Source: Spirochaetia bacterium | GTDB taxonomy: Bacteria; Spirochaetota; Spirochaetia; CADAEX01 | DNA length: 64,000 nt | Assembly: GCA_963662265.2 (NCBI GenBank) | Contig: CAXXHA010000035.1 | Coordinates: 184,062-248,061, forward strand | Direction: 5' to 3' | Shown: in pieces, positions 40,094 through 50,853 of the stretch | Position numbering within the stretch: position 1 is the first letter of the stretch | How the letters are laid out: each line of letters begins with the position of its first letter | Made by a program: the position numbers and the translations under genes | The notes under the pieces: model-generated | Told to the model about the DNA's origin: nothing | Databases searched by the model: none | Seen by the model: the letters and a program-made list of their open reading frames with translations, nothing else

Positions 40094-40879
40094 ATGCTGC
40101 TTGACAGTACACAGAAAAATAAACTTAACAGGTTTTTCAATACCATAAGACTGAACAACACAGGTATTGATAAGGAATGTAAAATTGAACAGATAACTGC
40201 CTATCTGGAAGTTATCCATTCACAAATCAGAAAGCTTTCATATAAGAGAAAGCTCGTTTTTATTGACAGCGGTGCGGGGAACTGTTACCTGAGTTTTCTT
40301 GTCTACTATTTTTATACAAACATAGATAAGAGAGACATAGAGATCCACTGTATCGATGTCAATGAAAAGCTGATGGAAAACTGCAGGGGAAAGGCAGAGT
40401 GCCTGGGTTTTTGGCAAATGTATTTCCACGGCTGTGCTATTGCTGATTTTCATACAGATGCAAGGCCTGATCTCGTCTATTCTCTTCATGCGTGTGATAC
40501 AGCAACTGACCAGGCTATCTATCTGGGGCTCAGGCTGAAATCAAGGAATATCCTGTCTGTATCATGCTGCCAGCATACAGTCAGGAAAATGCTGAAAAAA
40601 ATACCGTTCAGGGGAATCAGCCGTCATCATGTTTTCAGGGAGAGGATTATATATATGCTTGCAGATTCGCTGAGGGCGCTTCTTCTTGAATCATGCGGCT
40701 ACAAAACTGATATTATTGAATTTGTCTCTTCAAGATACACAGACAAGAATGTAATGATCCGGGCAAAGCTTTCAGCTGTCAGGGACAGGGAAAAGGTGCT
40801 TGAGGAATACAGGCAGATAAAAGACAGTTTCAATACAGCGCCTGTGCTTGAGGAGTATATGAAAGAACTTGCAGTCTGA
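40094..40879 (+). CDS. SAM-dependent methyltransferase (Methyltransf_32-like)
   Basis: DSGAGNCYLSF, SLHACDTATD, SCCQH, IEFVSSRYTDKNVMIRA. Confidence 0.85.
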   Translation: MLLDSTQKNKLNRFFNTIRLNNTGIDKECKIEQITAYLEVIHSQIRKLSYKRKLVFIDSGAGNCYLSFLVYYFYTNIDKRDIEIHCIDVNEKLMENCRGKAECLGFWQMYFHGCAIADFHTDARPDLVYSLHACDTATDQAIYLGLRLKSRNILSVSCCQHTVRKMLKKIPFRGISRHHVFRERIIYMLADSLRALLLESCGYKTDIIEFVSSRYTDKNVMIRAKLSAVRDREKVLEEYRQIKDSFNTAPVLEEYMKELAV

Positions 40880-41122
40880 TTGCCTGGTTGTGATGTTTCT
40901 GGAACATTGAAGATGTAAAATAAACAGCTGTAAGCATGAAGCATCTCTTGCATATGCTGGATTGATATCTCTTTTTGGAAGTATTATCCTGCTGCCAGGC
41001 AGCAGGGGAAGCTGTTCTGATGTTTCAGTAATCTTTGTTGCTGGGTAACTATTTGTAACCGGTTGGTAAATAATTTTAAGCAGAATAAGAAGCTGAAGCA
41101 GTTCAGGGTTCTCCTGATAATT

Positions 41123-41163
41123 AAAAGGGCAGTCTGGCTGGTAACCAGGCTGCCCCTTTTTTT
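41123..41163. terminator. Bidirectional terminator
   Basis: AAAAGGGCAGTCTGG-ctggtaa-CCAGGCTGCCCCTTTTTTT. Confidence 0.7.
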
Positions 41164-41261
41164 AAATATATTGTTAATATAAGTTTTTCTTTATCAGCTT
41201 ATTACTGGCTTTCTTACATCTTCCAGAAGATTAGAAAATAATTGCAGCCTTCATAAACTGT

Positions 41262-42209
41262 CTATTTTTTCCCGTGATCAAAAGCCTCACCTGCCGCTTT
41301 CGGTGCCTGTGAAGATTTGGAAAAAATAATCAGCGCGATAAGTGTCACTATATAGGGAAAAGTCTTGAGAAGAACAGGCGGAATTGCGGCAAGTGCCGGT
41401 ACTGCCTGTGACACATTTGCCACTGTTGTTGCAAACCCGAAGAAGAATGTTGCACCCAGTATTCCAAGCGGTTTCCACTGTCCGAAAATAAGTGATGCGA
41501 GTGCAAGGAAGCCGAGACCTGCGACAGATCCGTTAAACTCTCCTGAATATGTTACAAGTATTGCAGCCCCTCCAAGTCCTGCGAAAGCTCCTGACAGCAT
41601 TACACCGATATATCTTATTACATAAACATTCACCCCCGCAGCATCTGCAGCATGGGGATGGTCTCCGCATGCCCTGAGTCTCAGACCGAATGCTGTCCTG
41701 TAGATGACAAAGCGGGAAACAAAGAGTATGAGCAGTATCAGCCATGTCGACATGTATGTCTGGCTGAAAAACAGTTTTCCTATTACAGGAATGCTGCTCA
41801 GGACAGGCACGTTAAAACGGGTCAGCCCGCTCATTATATGTATATTCCCGCTTCCGGTGAGGTTTCTTGCAATAAATACAGTCAATGCGCCTGCTATCAT
41901 GTTTATGGCTGTACCGCTTATAACCTGATTTGCGTTGAGGTTGATGCTTGCAAAAGCGTGAAGCAGTGAAAAAAGAATTCCTGCTATCATTGCCGCAAGT
42001 ATTCCAAGCCATATTGCCCCTTCCGGATAAATATGCTGAAGAGATGATATTACAAAAGCCGAGGAAAATGACCCTATAACCATAAGCCCTTCAAGACCGA
42101 TATTTACAACCCCGCTTTTTTCACTGAAGAGTCCTCCGAGTGATGTGATCAGCAGGGGAGCGGTAAATGCCATTGCATAAGGAAAGATCTGAGAAATTAT
42201 AGCCCACAT
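41262..42209 (-). CDS. Nucleoside ABC transporter permease (NupC-like)
   Basis: SEKSGVVNIGLEGLM, GLRLRACGDHPHAADAAG, GFLALASLIFGQW. Confidence 0.9.
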   Translation of the reverse strand: MWAIISQIFPYAMAFTAPLLITSLGGLFSEKSGVVNIGLEGLMVIGSFSSAFVISSLQHIYPEGAIWLGILAAMIAGILFSLLHAFASINLNANQVISGTAINMIAGALTVFIARNLTGSGNIHIMSGLTRFNVPVLSSIPVIGKLFFSQTYMSTWLILLILFVSRFVIYRTAFGLRLRACGDHPHAADAAGVNVYVIRYIGVMLSGAFAGLGGAAILVTYSGEFNGSVAGLGFLALASLIFGQWKPLGILGATFFFGFATTVANVSQAVPALAAIPPVLLKTFPYIVTLIALIIFSKSSQAPKAAGEAFDHGKK

Positions 42210-43297
42210 TATTCTGCTCCTCCTTTATTGGCTCCGGAGGCTTTCAAGCCTGAAGTTTTAGCTTTTACTGCAGTGATTGCCTTTTCTATGAGAACGCTTG
42301 TCGCTGCGAAATAAATTATTGTAGCAATAATAGTGTCCCCGATTTCAGGAGGAATTGCAGTCATTGCATTCATGAACCCTTTTCCTGAATGAAGTATCCC
42401 GAAAAAGAGTGCACTGATAAGTACTCCGTATGGAGAATTGCTCCCCAGAAGCGCAACAGCAATACCGTCAAATCCGAGGCTTGGAAGTACGCCTATCTGT
42501 ATGTTTGATGCATAACCTATGTAAAATGTTGCTCCACCTATTCCTGCAAGTGCGCCTGCAATAACCATTGAGAGGACTATGTTCCTGTTTACATTCATAC
42601 CGGCATATTCAGCCGAGAACCTGTTGTATCCGGCCGCCTTCAGCTCAAATCCCAGTATTGTCCTGTTGAGTATTATTTCAATGATTATTACAGCTATTAT
42701 TGCAAGAAACAGCCCATAATTGATAAATGAGCCGTCAAAGAGGTTTGTCAGCCACGGAGCCTTGAGGCTGGCTGCCGCCGGTATGTTTCTCGATTCTGTT
42801 TCCAGGAATTCCCCTTTGAAAAAGGCAGGTACAGTGTAGTAAATCACCCAGTAGCTGACCCAGTTCATCATTATTGTGGCAACAACTTCATGCACATTGA
42901 AACGCGCTTTCAGAAACCCTGGAACAAGCGCCCAGAGCCCGCCGCCTATCATTGCGGCAATAATCATTGCAGCAAGCAAGATGAAGCGGGGCATGTCAAA
43001 AGTAAGCCCTACTGCAGTTGCACATAATCCTCCGAAAAGCATCTGGCCTGATGCCCCTATATTGAAAAGGCCTGTCTTGAATGCAAAGGCAACCGAGAGC
43101 CCTGTAAAAATCAGGGGTGTTGCTGTTGCAAGAGTATTACCGACTCTCTCTATATTCATCAGGCCGCCTCTGAAGAGGTAATTATATCCTTCAAAAGGGT
43201 TGTTTCCTGTTATCAGCATAAGAAGAGCTCCTGCAAGAAGTCCCAGTATTACTGATATGAGTCCTATAATTACATGTTTATTGATTGTTATTTTCAA
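42209..43297 (-). CDS. Nucleoside ABC transporter permease (NupB-like)
   Basis: GLFNIGASGQ, HEVVATIMMNW, GFDGIAVALLG. Confidence 0.9.
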   Translation of the reverse strand: MKITINKHVIIGLISVILGLLAGALLMLITGNNPFEGYNYLFRGGLMNIERVGNTLATATPLIFTGLSVAFAFKTGLFNIGASGQMLFGGLCATAVGLTFDMPRFILLAAMIIAAMIGGGLWALVPGFLKARFNVHEVVATIMMNWVSYWVIYYTVPAFFKGEFLETESRNIPAAASLKAPWLTNLFDGSFINYGLFLAIIAVIIIEIILNRTILGFELKAAGYNRFSAEYAGMNVNRNIVLSMVIAGALAGIGGATFYIGYASNIQIGVLPSLGFDGIAVALLGSNSPYGVLISALFFGILHSGKGFMNAMTAIPPEIGDTIIATIIYFAATSVLIEKAITAVKAKTSGLKASGANKGGAE

Positions 43298-44820
43298 ACT
43301 TCTTCCCCTTTTCTGATTCCTGTCATCATCAGTCCAACCTCTTTTTCATCAGTTTCAGAAGCTTTGACTATTCCTATCAGTTCTCCGTTGTTTATGATTG
43401 CAATCCTGTCTGAAAGGTCGAGGACCTCATCAAGTTCAAGTGAAACCAGAAGAACAGCTTTTCCGCTGTCTCTCTGCTCAACAAGCCTTTTATGTATATA
43501 TTCAATAGACCCGACATCAAGCCCCCTTGTAGGCTGAACCGCAATAAGAAGGTCGGGGTTGTGGTCTACCTCCCTCCCTACAATTGCTTTCTGCTGGTTT
43601 CCCCCTGAAAGAGATCTTACCGGTGTTACTGCCCCTTCACCTGTTCTGACATCAAAGTCTTTGATGATTTTATCCGCATGTTTCCTTATAGCTTCCCTGT
43701 TGAGTATGTAGTTCCGTGAATAGGGTTCCCTGTTGTAAATTTCGAGAATCATGTTTTCCTCTACAGAGTAATCAAGGACAAGTCCCCTTTTCTGCCTGTC
43801 TTCAGGAATATGCGCAATTCCTGAAAGTATTCTCTCCCGTATTGAGGAGGAAGTTATATCTTTTCCGTTCAGAAAGATGTTCCCGTTCTCGGTTTTCCTG
43901 AGGCCTGTCAGCGCTTCTACCAGCTCGGTCTGCCCGTTTCCGTCCACCCCTGCAATTCCCAGTATTTCCCCCTGTTTTACATCTATGGAAAAATTTTTAA
44001 GTCCCATAACACCTTTGTGGTTGCTCATAACTGTAAGGTCCCTGAGTTCAAGTACTTTCTCTCCCGGTTCCTGTTCCTTCTTGTCCACTGTAAAGGAAAC
44101 CTTGCGCCCCACCATCATTTCCGCCATGTCTGCTTCAGATTTCTCTGCGACATTCACAGTCCCGATGAATTTACCCTTTCGTATGACAGTACACCTGTCA
44201 GCTGCTGCTTTTATCTCTTTCAGTTTATGTGTTATCAGTATTATGGATTTCCCCTCTTTTTTAAGGTCTTTCATAATCTTGATAAGTTCCTGAATTTCCT
44301 GGGGAGTGAGAACTGCTGTCGGCTCATCAAAGATCAGTACTTCAGCGTTTCTGTAAAGCATCTTCAGGATTTCAACTCTCTGCTGCATACCTACAGATAC
44401 ATTTTCTATTACAGCATCAGGGTCTACATTCAGCCTGTATTTTTCTGAAAGCTCCTTTATCTTTCTTGAAGCATCTCTCAGGTTCAGTGTCAGCCCCTGC
44501 TTCGGTTCCATCCCGAGAATAATATTTTCTGTGACAGTAAAGTTATGGACAAGCTTGAAATGCTGATGGACCATCCCGATTCCAAGATCATTCGCCTGGT
44601 TGGGGTTTGTTATATTGACATCATTTTCCCTTACCCTGATCTGTCCTGAATCAGGTTTATAGAGTCCGAAGAGTATACTCATCAGGGTTGATTTCCCTGC
44701 GCCGTTTTCCCCGAGGAGGGCAAGTATTTCTCCCTTTTTCAGGCCCAGCGATATATTGTCATTGGCAATAATACCGGGAAATTCCTTCCTGATATTTTCC
44801 ATCTCAACGATATATTCCAT
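43294..44820 (-). CDS. Nucleoside ABC transporter ATPase, tandem domains (NupA-like)
   Basis: GENGAGKST, HQHFKLV, DEPTAVLTPQE, LSGGNQQK, QPTRGLDVG. Confidence 0.93.
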   Translation of the reverse strand: MEYIVEMENIRKEFPGIIANDNISLGLKKGEILALLGENGAGKSTLMSILFGLYKPDSGQIRVRENDVNITNPNQANDLGIGMVHQHFKLVHNFTVTENIILGMEPKQGLTLNLRDASRKIKELSEKYRLNVDPDAVIENVSVGMQQRVEILKMLYRNAEVLIFDEPTAVLTPQEIQELIKIMKDLKKEGKSIILITHKLKEIKAAADRCTVIRKGKFIGTVNVAEKSEADMAEMMVGRKVSFTVDKKEQEPGEKVLELRDLTVMSNHKGVMGLKNFSIDVKQGEILGIAGVDGNGQTELVEALTGLRKTENGNIFLNGKDITSSSIRERILSGIAHIPEDRQKRGLVLDYSVEENMILEIYNREPYSRNYILNREAIRKHADKIIKDFDVRTGEGAVTPVRSLSGGNQQKAIVGREVDHNPDLLIAVQPTRGLDVGSIEYIHKRLVEQRDSGKAVLLVSLELDEVLDLSDRIAIINNGELIGIVKASETDEKEVGLMMTGIRKGEEV

Positions 44821-45121
44821 ATGACAATCTCCTTGTTCAGTTTCGATGTTTGAATATCCTGAAAATGCTTTACAGGAATTTATTCAGGCCGGTATAAAGG
44901 CTTCTGTTTCCTGCTTATTATTCAGCAATATATAATAAGTATATGCATATTAATTACTTCTGCATTTATTTATCATGAAATCGTGACTCATAAACCGGCA
45001 TCTGTCTTTTTCAGACAGTATTATATCATATCAAATCTCGGGCTGTAATTAAAGTTTAAAATAACTTACAGAGGTTGTTTTCAGTGATGACTCAATAAAC
45101 AGGGATTCCGAAAAGGGATAT

Positions 45122-45157
45122 AAAAAAGCCGCAGAGTTTTAAGACCCCTGCGGCTTT
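45122..45157 (-). terminator. Terminator after the BMP lipoprotein
   Basis: A6-GCCGCAG...CTGCGGC-TTT. Confidence 0.6.
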
Positions 45158-45255
45158 CTGGCTTTCTGTTGAATGCCTGTATTTTATATTCATGAAAAAA
45201 TGTTCAGTTTTCAACTGTTCCAGATCTTTTCATATCTGATATCTGGCTGGATTTA

Positions 45256-46335
45256 TTATTTAATAAGATCGCCCTGTTCAGCAGAAACCTTGATATCGCC
45301 GCCCTGGATCTTTTTAAATACATCATCAACTTTTGCAATAACAGCAGAATCGAGATTCGGGTTTTCTGCAGGAATACCTACACCGTTGTTTGTTGCATCA
45401 AAGATAAAAGTCTGTCCTCCCGGAAATTTACTTTCAAGTTGTGCTTTAATCATGTCATAAGCGGCAACTCCGATTTTCTTTGTTGCGGAAGTAAGGATGA
45501 TTGATTTATCTCCCTGGTAGATTCCGTCAGGATACTGGTCAACATCAACACCGATGATCCATACATCCTGTCCTGTCTTTGCTCTTGATTTTGCCTCGTT
45601 GATAGCTCCAACTCCTACACCGCCTGCTGCACAGAAAATAGCATTGAGACCCTTGTCAAACATCTGGGCTGCAAGCTGCTGTCCAGCAGCAACATCATTG
45701 AAAGTACCCTGGTAGATGATGTTTTCCGCATTGATTTTTATGCTGGTTCCGAGGTTGTCATTGGCATATTTTATACCCTGCTGAAATCCCCAGTTGAATT
45801 TCTGAACTGGAGGAATTTCCATTCCGCCGATAAATCCCATTTCACCCTCTTTCAGCTGGAGGGCAGCTGCAACTGCAGCGATAAATCCTGATTCATGCTC
45901 TGCAAAGAAAACAGAAACTGTGTTGTCTCCTGTCTTGAACACGCTGTAGTCTGCGTTATGGGGTGCACCGTCTATGAGTACGAAATTGGCATCTGTATAT
46001 TTATCCTGAGCCTGGAAAATAGCTGTTTCGAATTTAAAACCTGGAGTTACAATAAATTTGAATCCTGCATCGTAGAGGTTCCCGATTTCCTTGAGGTAAT
46101 CTGCCTCTGTTGTTCCAACAGGTTTCAGATATTTTGTTGATACGGAAAGTTCTTCACCAGCTTTGACAATCCCTTCCCATGTACCCTGGTTGAAAGATTT
46201 GTCATCAATTGTTCCGGCATCAGTAACCATACCGACTTTCATGGCTTTTTTTTCTTCAGCTTTTTTTGAACATCCAGTTAATACAACTGAAAAAGTCAGA
46301 AGAACTGCAAGAAAAATAATCATTGATCTTCTCAT
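45256..46335 (-). CDS. BMP family nucleoside-binding lipoprotein
   Basis: Lipobox LTGC; DDKSFNQGTWEG, AAGGVGVG, IIGVDVDQ. Confidence 0.92.
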   Translation of the reverse strand: MRRSMIIFLAVLLTFSVVLTGCSKKAEEKKAMKVGMVTDAGTIDDKSFNQGTWEGIVKAGEELSVSTKYLKPVGTTEADYLKEIGNLYDAGFKFIVTPGFKFETAIFQAQDKYTDANFVLIDGAPHNADYSVFKTGDNTVSVFFAEHESGFIAAVAAALQLKEGEMGFIGGMEIPPVQKFNWGFQQGIKYANDNLGTSIKINAENIIYQGTFNDVAAGQQLAAQMFDKGLNAIFCAAGGVGVGAINEAKSRAKTGQDVWIIGVDVDQYPDGIYQGDKSIILTSATKKIGVAAYDMIKAQLESKFPGGQTFIFDATNNGVGIPAENPNLDSAVIAKVDDVFKKIQGGDIKVSAEQGDLIK

Positions 46336-46410
46336 TTTGTCTTTTCTCCTTTTTAGTTAAGCAAAATTAAATTTATTCCTATAAAATTGTGTTGTCAAGG
46401 ATAATTATTT

Positions 46411-48390
46411 CTACCAGAGCTTTGTTGGTAGTTTTACCTTGTCGGCTCCCGGTATTTTCACCTTGTCAGCAGGTACAGCTGAATCAAGTTTCTTCTTGAG
46501 AGAGGCTTTTTCTCTTTCTAGTCTGCTTTTAAGTGAGTCAAGTTCCCCTCTCATTGAATTGATTTCATCCCCAATTCTGCTGTTTTCATCAATGCTGTCT
46601 TTGAAATAGCTTTCCAGGCCTTCCATTATCATATCTTTCTGATCTGAAGTTAATTCAGAAGGGGAAAGAGTGTCTTTGAGCAGCCTGTCAAGGTTGGAAT
46701 CCAGTTTGATCTTCCTTGTGTCTTTCCCTGTTTTAAATGATAGGCTGAATTCCAGAGGAGTATTCTTATTCAGTACTGAAGAAACAGCTTTCCCTGTGAA
46801 ATCATCAGTACCTTCTGCTTCATAGCTTGAAGTTTTTATTTCTGCAAGCCCTGAGAGTGATCTGTCTTTTTCTATGGATATTTCCGAGGTAAGATTGTAT
46901 ACCCCTTCAATTGTATTTACTCCGGGTAGAAAATTGCTGAATTTGAAATCCGCACCAGGCAGGTTAAGCTTTACACTGCTGTTTTTTTCTCTTGCTTCCC
47001 TGTTGTCAAAATAACCTTCAATACTGATATTTTCATTATTTTTACTGTAGGCAAGAGTAAACTCTGTCGGTTTCCCTGCAAGATCCTGGTTGTTTGTGAT
47101 TGAATCAATCATCATTGAGTATTCTCTTTTCCCGTCAACAAAGCTTCCTGAAGTCTTCTCAATCAGAAAGCGGGGTTTGTTGTTTGTGACCGGGAAATAT
47201 ATGTTTCTTCCCCGTTTGACTTTTACAGTTTCAGCCTTTTTCCCCTTTTCCTTTTTCAGTTTTTCAGCAATTGAAAATGCTTTTTCATATTTTTTCAGAA
47301 ACGGCGCGAAACTCTCCATTATATAGTTTCTCATGTATTCTTTCAGATCAAAGGACTGGGCAGGATTGAGCTTTTCAGAAAGAAATGCAAAATCCTTTTC
47401 TGCGGCTGTCCCGATGATGGATTTGCCTGAGACTGCAAGTTTTTGCGCCGACTTGAATTTATCTCCTGTCTCTTCAATCTCTTCCAGAATGCTGTCAGCT
47501 GTTTTAATTGCTGAATTTATATCATTGGTGAGTTTTTTTATCTTATCAACTTCAAGAGGTGAATTAATCTTTGTCTTTTTTACTTCATCAGCAGTTTTTT
47601 CAAGTGATTCCAGCTGATTTTCAGTGCTGTTTAACCCTGTTTTTATCTCGTTTTTTGTGTCTTCATATGATTCCCTGATCTTTGCAAGTTCGGAAGGAGT
47701 TGAGAGACTGTTAAGATTTTCCTCTATCAGTTTTTTTACACTGTCTTCAGTTATTTCAGGCGCCTTGAAAGAGGGAAGCCGGCTCTTTTTTTCTGAAGCT
47801 TTTTGTTCCTCTTTATCAAACACCTTTCCTCTGTTTTTCCTGTCTGTATCAATAGCAAAATATTCAAGCTCTATCTTTTCAGCATTGAATTTCCCCTTGA
47901 GTGCTTCTTTCATCCTGATATTGATTTCCGCTCTCCCTGTCTCAAACAGATTTTTATCAGGGGTTTCCCTGTCTGTTACTCTGAGCGCCTTGAAACTTAT
48001 ATCTCCCTTTAAAAGGCTCAGGGAAAGAGAATCAATCTCTGATTCAGCCTTGAATGCTGCTTCAAGCGCTTTTTCAAGCCCTTTTTCAGCGAGAGGATTT
48101 TTAAGAAAGAGGGAAAAAAGTATGGCAAGGATAACAACAGCTGCCAGTGCTCCCGTCTTTCCTATTCCCAGGGCCCCGGAATTGTTTTTTATAGTTTTTG
48201 CAATTCTGTTCAGTTCTTTGATTTTTTTCCTGTCATCAGTCTCTGAAGGCAGGTAAAATCCCTCTTCAAGCCTGTAAAAATCAAGGACAGATTTTTTCTC
48301 ATCTTCAAGAAACAGTCTTGAAAGGATTTTCTTCCTGAATTTCTTTTCAGTATATTTTTTTCTCAGTATTTTATTTAATTTTTTACCCAT
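46411..48390 (-). CDS. TIGR03545-like membrane-anchored protein
   Basis: One TM helix, AsmA-like N-terminal region, coiled coil, RGRNIYFP motif; downstream of a TIGR03546-like gene. Confidence 0.65.
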   Translation of the reverse strand: MGKKLNKILRKKYTEKKFRKKILSRLFLEDEKKSVLDFYRLEEGFYLPSETDDRKKIKELNRIAKTIKNNSGALGIGKTGALAAVVILAILFSLFLKNPLAEKGLEKALEAAFKAESEIDSLSLSLLKGDISFKALRVTDRETPDKNLFETGRAEINIRMKEALKGKFNAEKIELEYFAIDTDRKNRGKVFDKEEQKASEKKSRLPSFKAPEITEDSVKKLIEENLNSLSTPSELAKIRESYEDTKNEIKTGLNSTENQLESLEKTADEVKKTKINSPLEVDKIKKLTNDINSAIKTADSILEEIEETGDKFKSAQKLAVSGKSIIGTAAEKDFAFLSEKLNPAQSFDLKEYMRNYIMESFAPFLKKYEKAFSIAEKLKKEKGKKAETVKVKRGRNIYFPVTNNKPRFLIEKTSGSFVDGKREYSMMIDSITNNQDLAGKPTEFTLAYSKNNENISIEGYFDNREAREKNSSVKLNLPGADFKFSNFLPGVNTIEGVYNLTSEISIEKDRSLSGLAEIKTSSYEAEGTDDFTGKAVSSVLNKNTPLEFSLSFKTGKDTRKIKLDSNLDRLLKDTLSPSELTSDQKDMIMEGLESYFKDSIDENSRIGDEINSMRGELDSLKSRLEREKASLKKKLDSAVPADKVKIPGADKVKLPTKLW

Positions 48391-48411
48391 TATAATACTC
48401 CCTGCTCTTTT

Positions 48412-48942
48412 TTACCTTTTCAGTTCAAATGCTTTCTTGAAAATCCATACTATTTTTGAAACAAGTGGAAGTTTCCCTATCTTTTTGATTATTGTACTGG
48501 ACATTATTCTGTCTCTGATTTTTTCCCTGTACAGCTTTAAAAGCAGTTTAAACAGGAAAAAGAGAGGAACTGATACAGCAATCATGGTAATCAGGCTCCC
48601 GATAACAACTGTGTTGTTGAATCCTGTGAAGGGGAGAACCGGCATGCTGTTCAGTTTTATGAGAATAGGTTCGAGACTTTCTGCTGTGAGGATTCTGTAA
48701 CCGATAAAATCAAAAAAGGGATCGAAGAGCAGCGCCAGTGGTTTCAGTACTGCTGCCATAATCATCTCTGCACCGAAATTGATTTTAAGAAAAAATGTTA
48801 CTGCCAGTATTGCAAACCATGTAATATTTCCGGAAGGAAGCATTGCAAGCAGTACACCCAGGGTAAGTGCCGCAGCTACTTCTCCCGGCCTGTTGTTTGA
48901 ATTCAAAGCTGCAATAGTCTTAATTATCCATTTTATAATCAT
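48412..48942 (-). CDS. TIGR03546 (DUF2062-like) membrane protein
   Basis: ALNSNNRPGEVAAA, N.PVLPFTGFNNTVVIGS. Confidence 0.8.
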   Translation of the reverse strand: MIIKWIIKTIAALNSNNRPGEVAAALTLGVLLAMLPSGNITWFAILAVTFFLKINFGAEMIMAAVLKPLALLFDPFFDFIGYRILTAESLEPILIKLNSMPVLPFTGFNNTVVIGSLITMIAVSVPLFFLFKLLLKLYREKIRDRIMSSTIIKKIGKLPLVSKIVWIFKKAFELKR

Positions 48943-49077
48943 ATACTTTTCCTTTTTCAGAGTTATTAATAAGCTGAAAAAAACATCTTCCTGAACTTTC
49001 TGCTGCAGGATATGCTCTCTGGTGTCTCTGTAACAACTGTGATTAATCGGTGATCAGGAAATTTCCTCTTTCAGGTC

Positions 49078-49228
49078 TCCGGAAAAATCCTGAAACAATT
49101 ATATTATAAGCTGTTAACGCATATTATGATAATATATTTACTGAAAAAATATCAGGAAGTATTTTTTTTGATAAAATATCAGGTGCAAAACATTCTGATC
49201 CGGAAAAATCTTGAAAAAATAATATTAT
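49078..49228. repeat. 30-bp direct repeat pair (27/30 identical)
   Basis: TCCGGAAAAATCCTGAAACAATTATATTAT at 49078 and TCCGGAAAAATCTTGAAAAAATAATATTAT at 49199. Confidence 0.65.
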
Positions 49229-49269
49229 GTGATTAAAGTTGTCCGGGGTGGATTTGCTGCAGATTACAG

Positions 49270-49306
49270 ATATTTCTGCCAGTTTTAAACAAACTGGCAG
49301 AAATAT
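49270..49306 (-). terminator. Perfect 16-bp hairpin after the TPR gene
   Basis: ATATTTCTGCCAGTTT-taaac-AAACTGGCAGAAATAT. Confidence 0.6.
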
Positions 49307-49309
49307 TAA

Positions 49310-50095
49310 TTATGTGACATTGAGAAAATTTTCAACAGTTTCAATAGTTTCATCAAGCTCTTTTTTCCTGCTGTTATAGATATTTGTATTATCTCCGTAA
49401 ATACCTGTTTCTATTTTAAATGAATCTCTTTTTTCCAGAAGTTTTTCATGGAAATTTTTCCAGCTATATTCAGTGTGGAGTGATTCAGTGGGAATAATTT
49501 TAGCAGTTGCTTTCCAGCTCTTGTTAATCTTTTTTCTCAGAAGTACAAGAGTAATCAGCTCATCAGGCTTGAGTTCGCTGTAAAGTTCATAGTCACTTTC
49601 AGCTTCAGGAAAGAGTCTTTTATAGAATTTTTCAAATTCCTCTTCCCCTTTCTCAAATTCCTCTTTTTTATAGAAGAACCGCGCTTTCAGGGGGAGGTTG
49701 TTTTCGATACAGAAATCATCTGTTTCTTCGTTTTCAAGGATTTTTTCCGCCTTGTCAAATTCACCTTCCTCAATATAGCACCATGCTGTAACAGCTCCTG
49801 CAGCGGGGTTTCCTGTTTTTTCATACCCTGAGGATACTGTCCTGAAGATTTTTTCCATATTTTCCTGGGTTGAATAATTGTTGAAATATGTAACATAGAG
49901 CTGTGTTGCAGAAGGTGTTTCTGAGATTGCTTTTTCAAGCACCCCATCCGCCTCTTTGAAAAACTGCCTGTCCCGAAGATATTTTGCAGATATGAGTCTT
50001 CTTTCCCATTTTGGTCTTTTCATATTGGGATAGATGTAATAAAGAAAAATAATTACAGAAACAAATACTGCTATAAATATTATTTTAATAGTCAT
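49310..50095 (-). CDS. Membrane-anchored TPR-like hypothetical protein
   Basis: N-terminal TM helix; TPR-like AWCYIEEGEFDKAEKIL and ARFFYKKEEFEKG; RBS AGGAG. Confidence 0.7.
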   Translation of the reverse strand: MTIKIIFIAVFVSVIIFLYYIYPNMKRPKWERRLISAKYLRDRQFFKEADGVLEKAISETPSATQLYVTYFNNYSTQENMEKIFRTVSSGYEKTGNPAAGAVTAWCYIEEGEFDKAEKILENEETDDFCIENNLPLKARFFYKKEEFEKGEEEFEKFYKRLFPEAESDYELYSELKPDELITLVLLRKKINKSWKATAKIIPTESLHTEYSWKNFHEKLLEKRDSFKIETGIYGDNTNIYNSRKKELDETIETVENFLNVT

Positions 50096-50119
50096 TGCCT
50101 TTCTCCTTTTTTCCGCTGT

Positions 50120-50740
50120 TTATTCTGTCCATGGGTTGTTTTTTTTCTCATCAGCTATAACAGTTTCCGGGCCATGACCTGTATAGACTCTTGTGTTATC
50201 CGGAAGTTTGTAAAGCTTTGTTTTAATTGATTCCAGCAGCAGATTGTGGTCTCCTCCCGGAAAATCAGTTCTTCCTATGCTTCTGAAGAAAAGCACATCT
50301 CCGCAGAAGAGAGAGCCTGATTTTTCATGGTAGAGGGATATACACCCCTGGGTATGGCCCGGAGTGTAAAGAACTGAAAGAGTGATTGAGCCGAAACTTA
50401 TTGTATCCCCTTCGTTTAATAATATTGAGGGCTCGGGAGACTGCTCAATACTCAGTCCGAAAAATGATGATCCTCCCCCCTCTTTCATGAGTCCGGCAGC
50501 ATGTTTGTGGGAAGCAATTTCTGTTGTCTCTTTTTTAAAGAAAGCATTTCCCCCGATGTGATCAAAATGGCCGTGAGTATTTATAATATACTTAAGATTC
50601 AGCTTGTTTTCATTTATATAGCTGTCAATTTCACTGCTCTTGTCGCCTGGATCAATCAGTACAGCTTCGCTCGTTTCAGTATCTTCGAGTAGATAACAGT
50701 TTGTCTGTACAGGCCCCAGCACATATTTTGTGATTTTCAT
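50120..50740 (-). CDS. MBL-fold metallo-hydrolase (glyoxalase II/YcbL-like)
   Basis: THGHFDHIG, TPGHT, GDVLF, GRTDFPGG, GHGPET. Confidence 0.92.
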   Translation of the reverse strand: MKITKYVLGPVQTNCYLLEDTETSEAVLIDPGDKSSEIDSYINENKLNLKYIINTHGHFDHIGGNAFFKKETTEIASHKHAAGLMKEGGGSSFFGLSIEQSPEPSILLNEGDTISFGSITLSVLYTPGHTQGCISLYHEKSGSLFCGDVLFFRSIGRTDFPGGDHNLLLESIKTKLYKLPDNTRVYTGHGPETVIADEKKNNPWTE

Positions 50741-50807
50741 CAGAAGCTCCTGTCTTTAACTGCTTTCCGCAGTTGTGCATTTTGATAAATGTAAACTAAT
50801 TTCATAT

Positions 50808-50853
50808 ATAAGTGAACCTGTTTATTCACTTATGGGCACCTTTAAAAACTCGC
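50808..50853. repeat. Composite palindromic element, copy 2 (partner 16-mer at 51095-51110)
   Basis: ATAAGTGAA...TTCACTTAT-GGGCACCTTTAAAAACTCGC; same motif order as 22022-22175. Confidence 0.45.
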
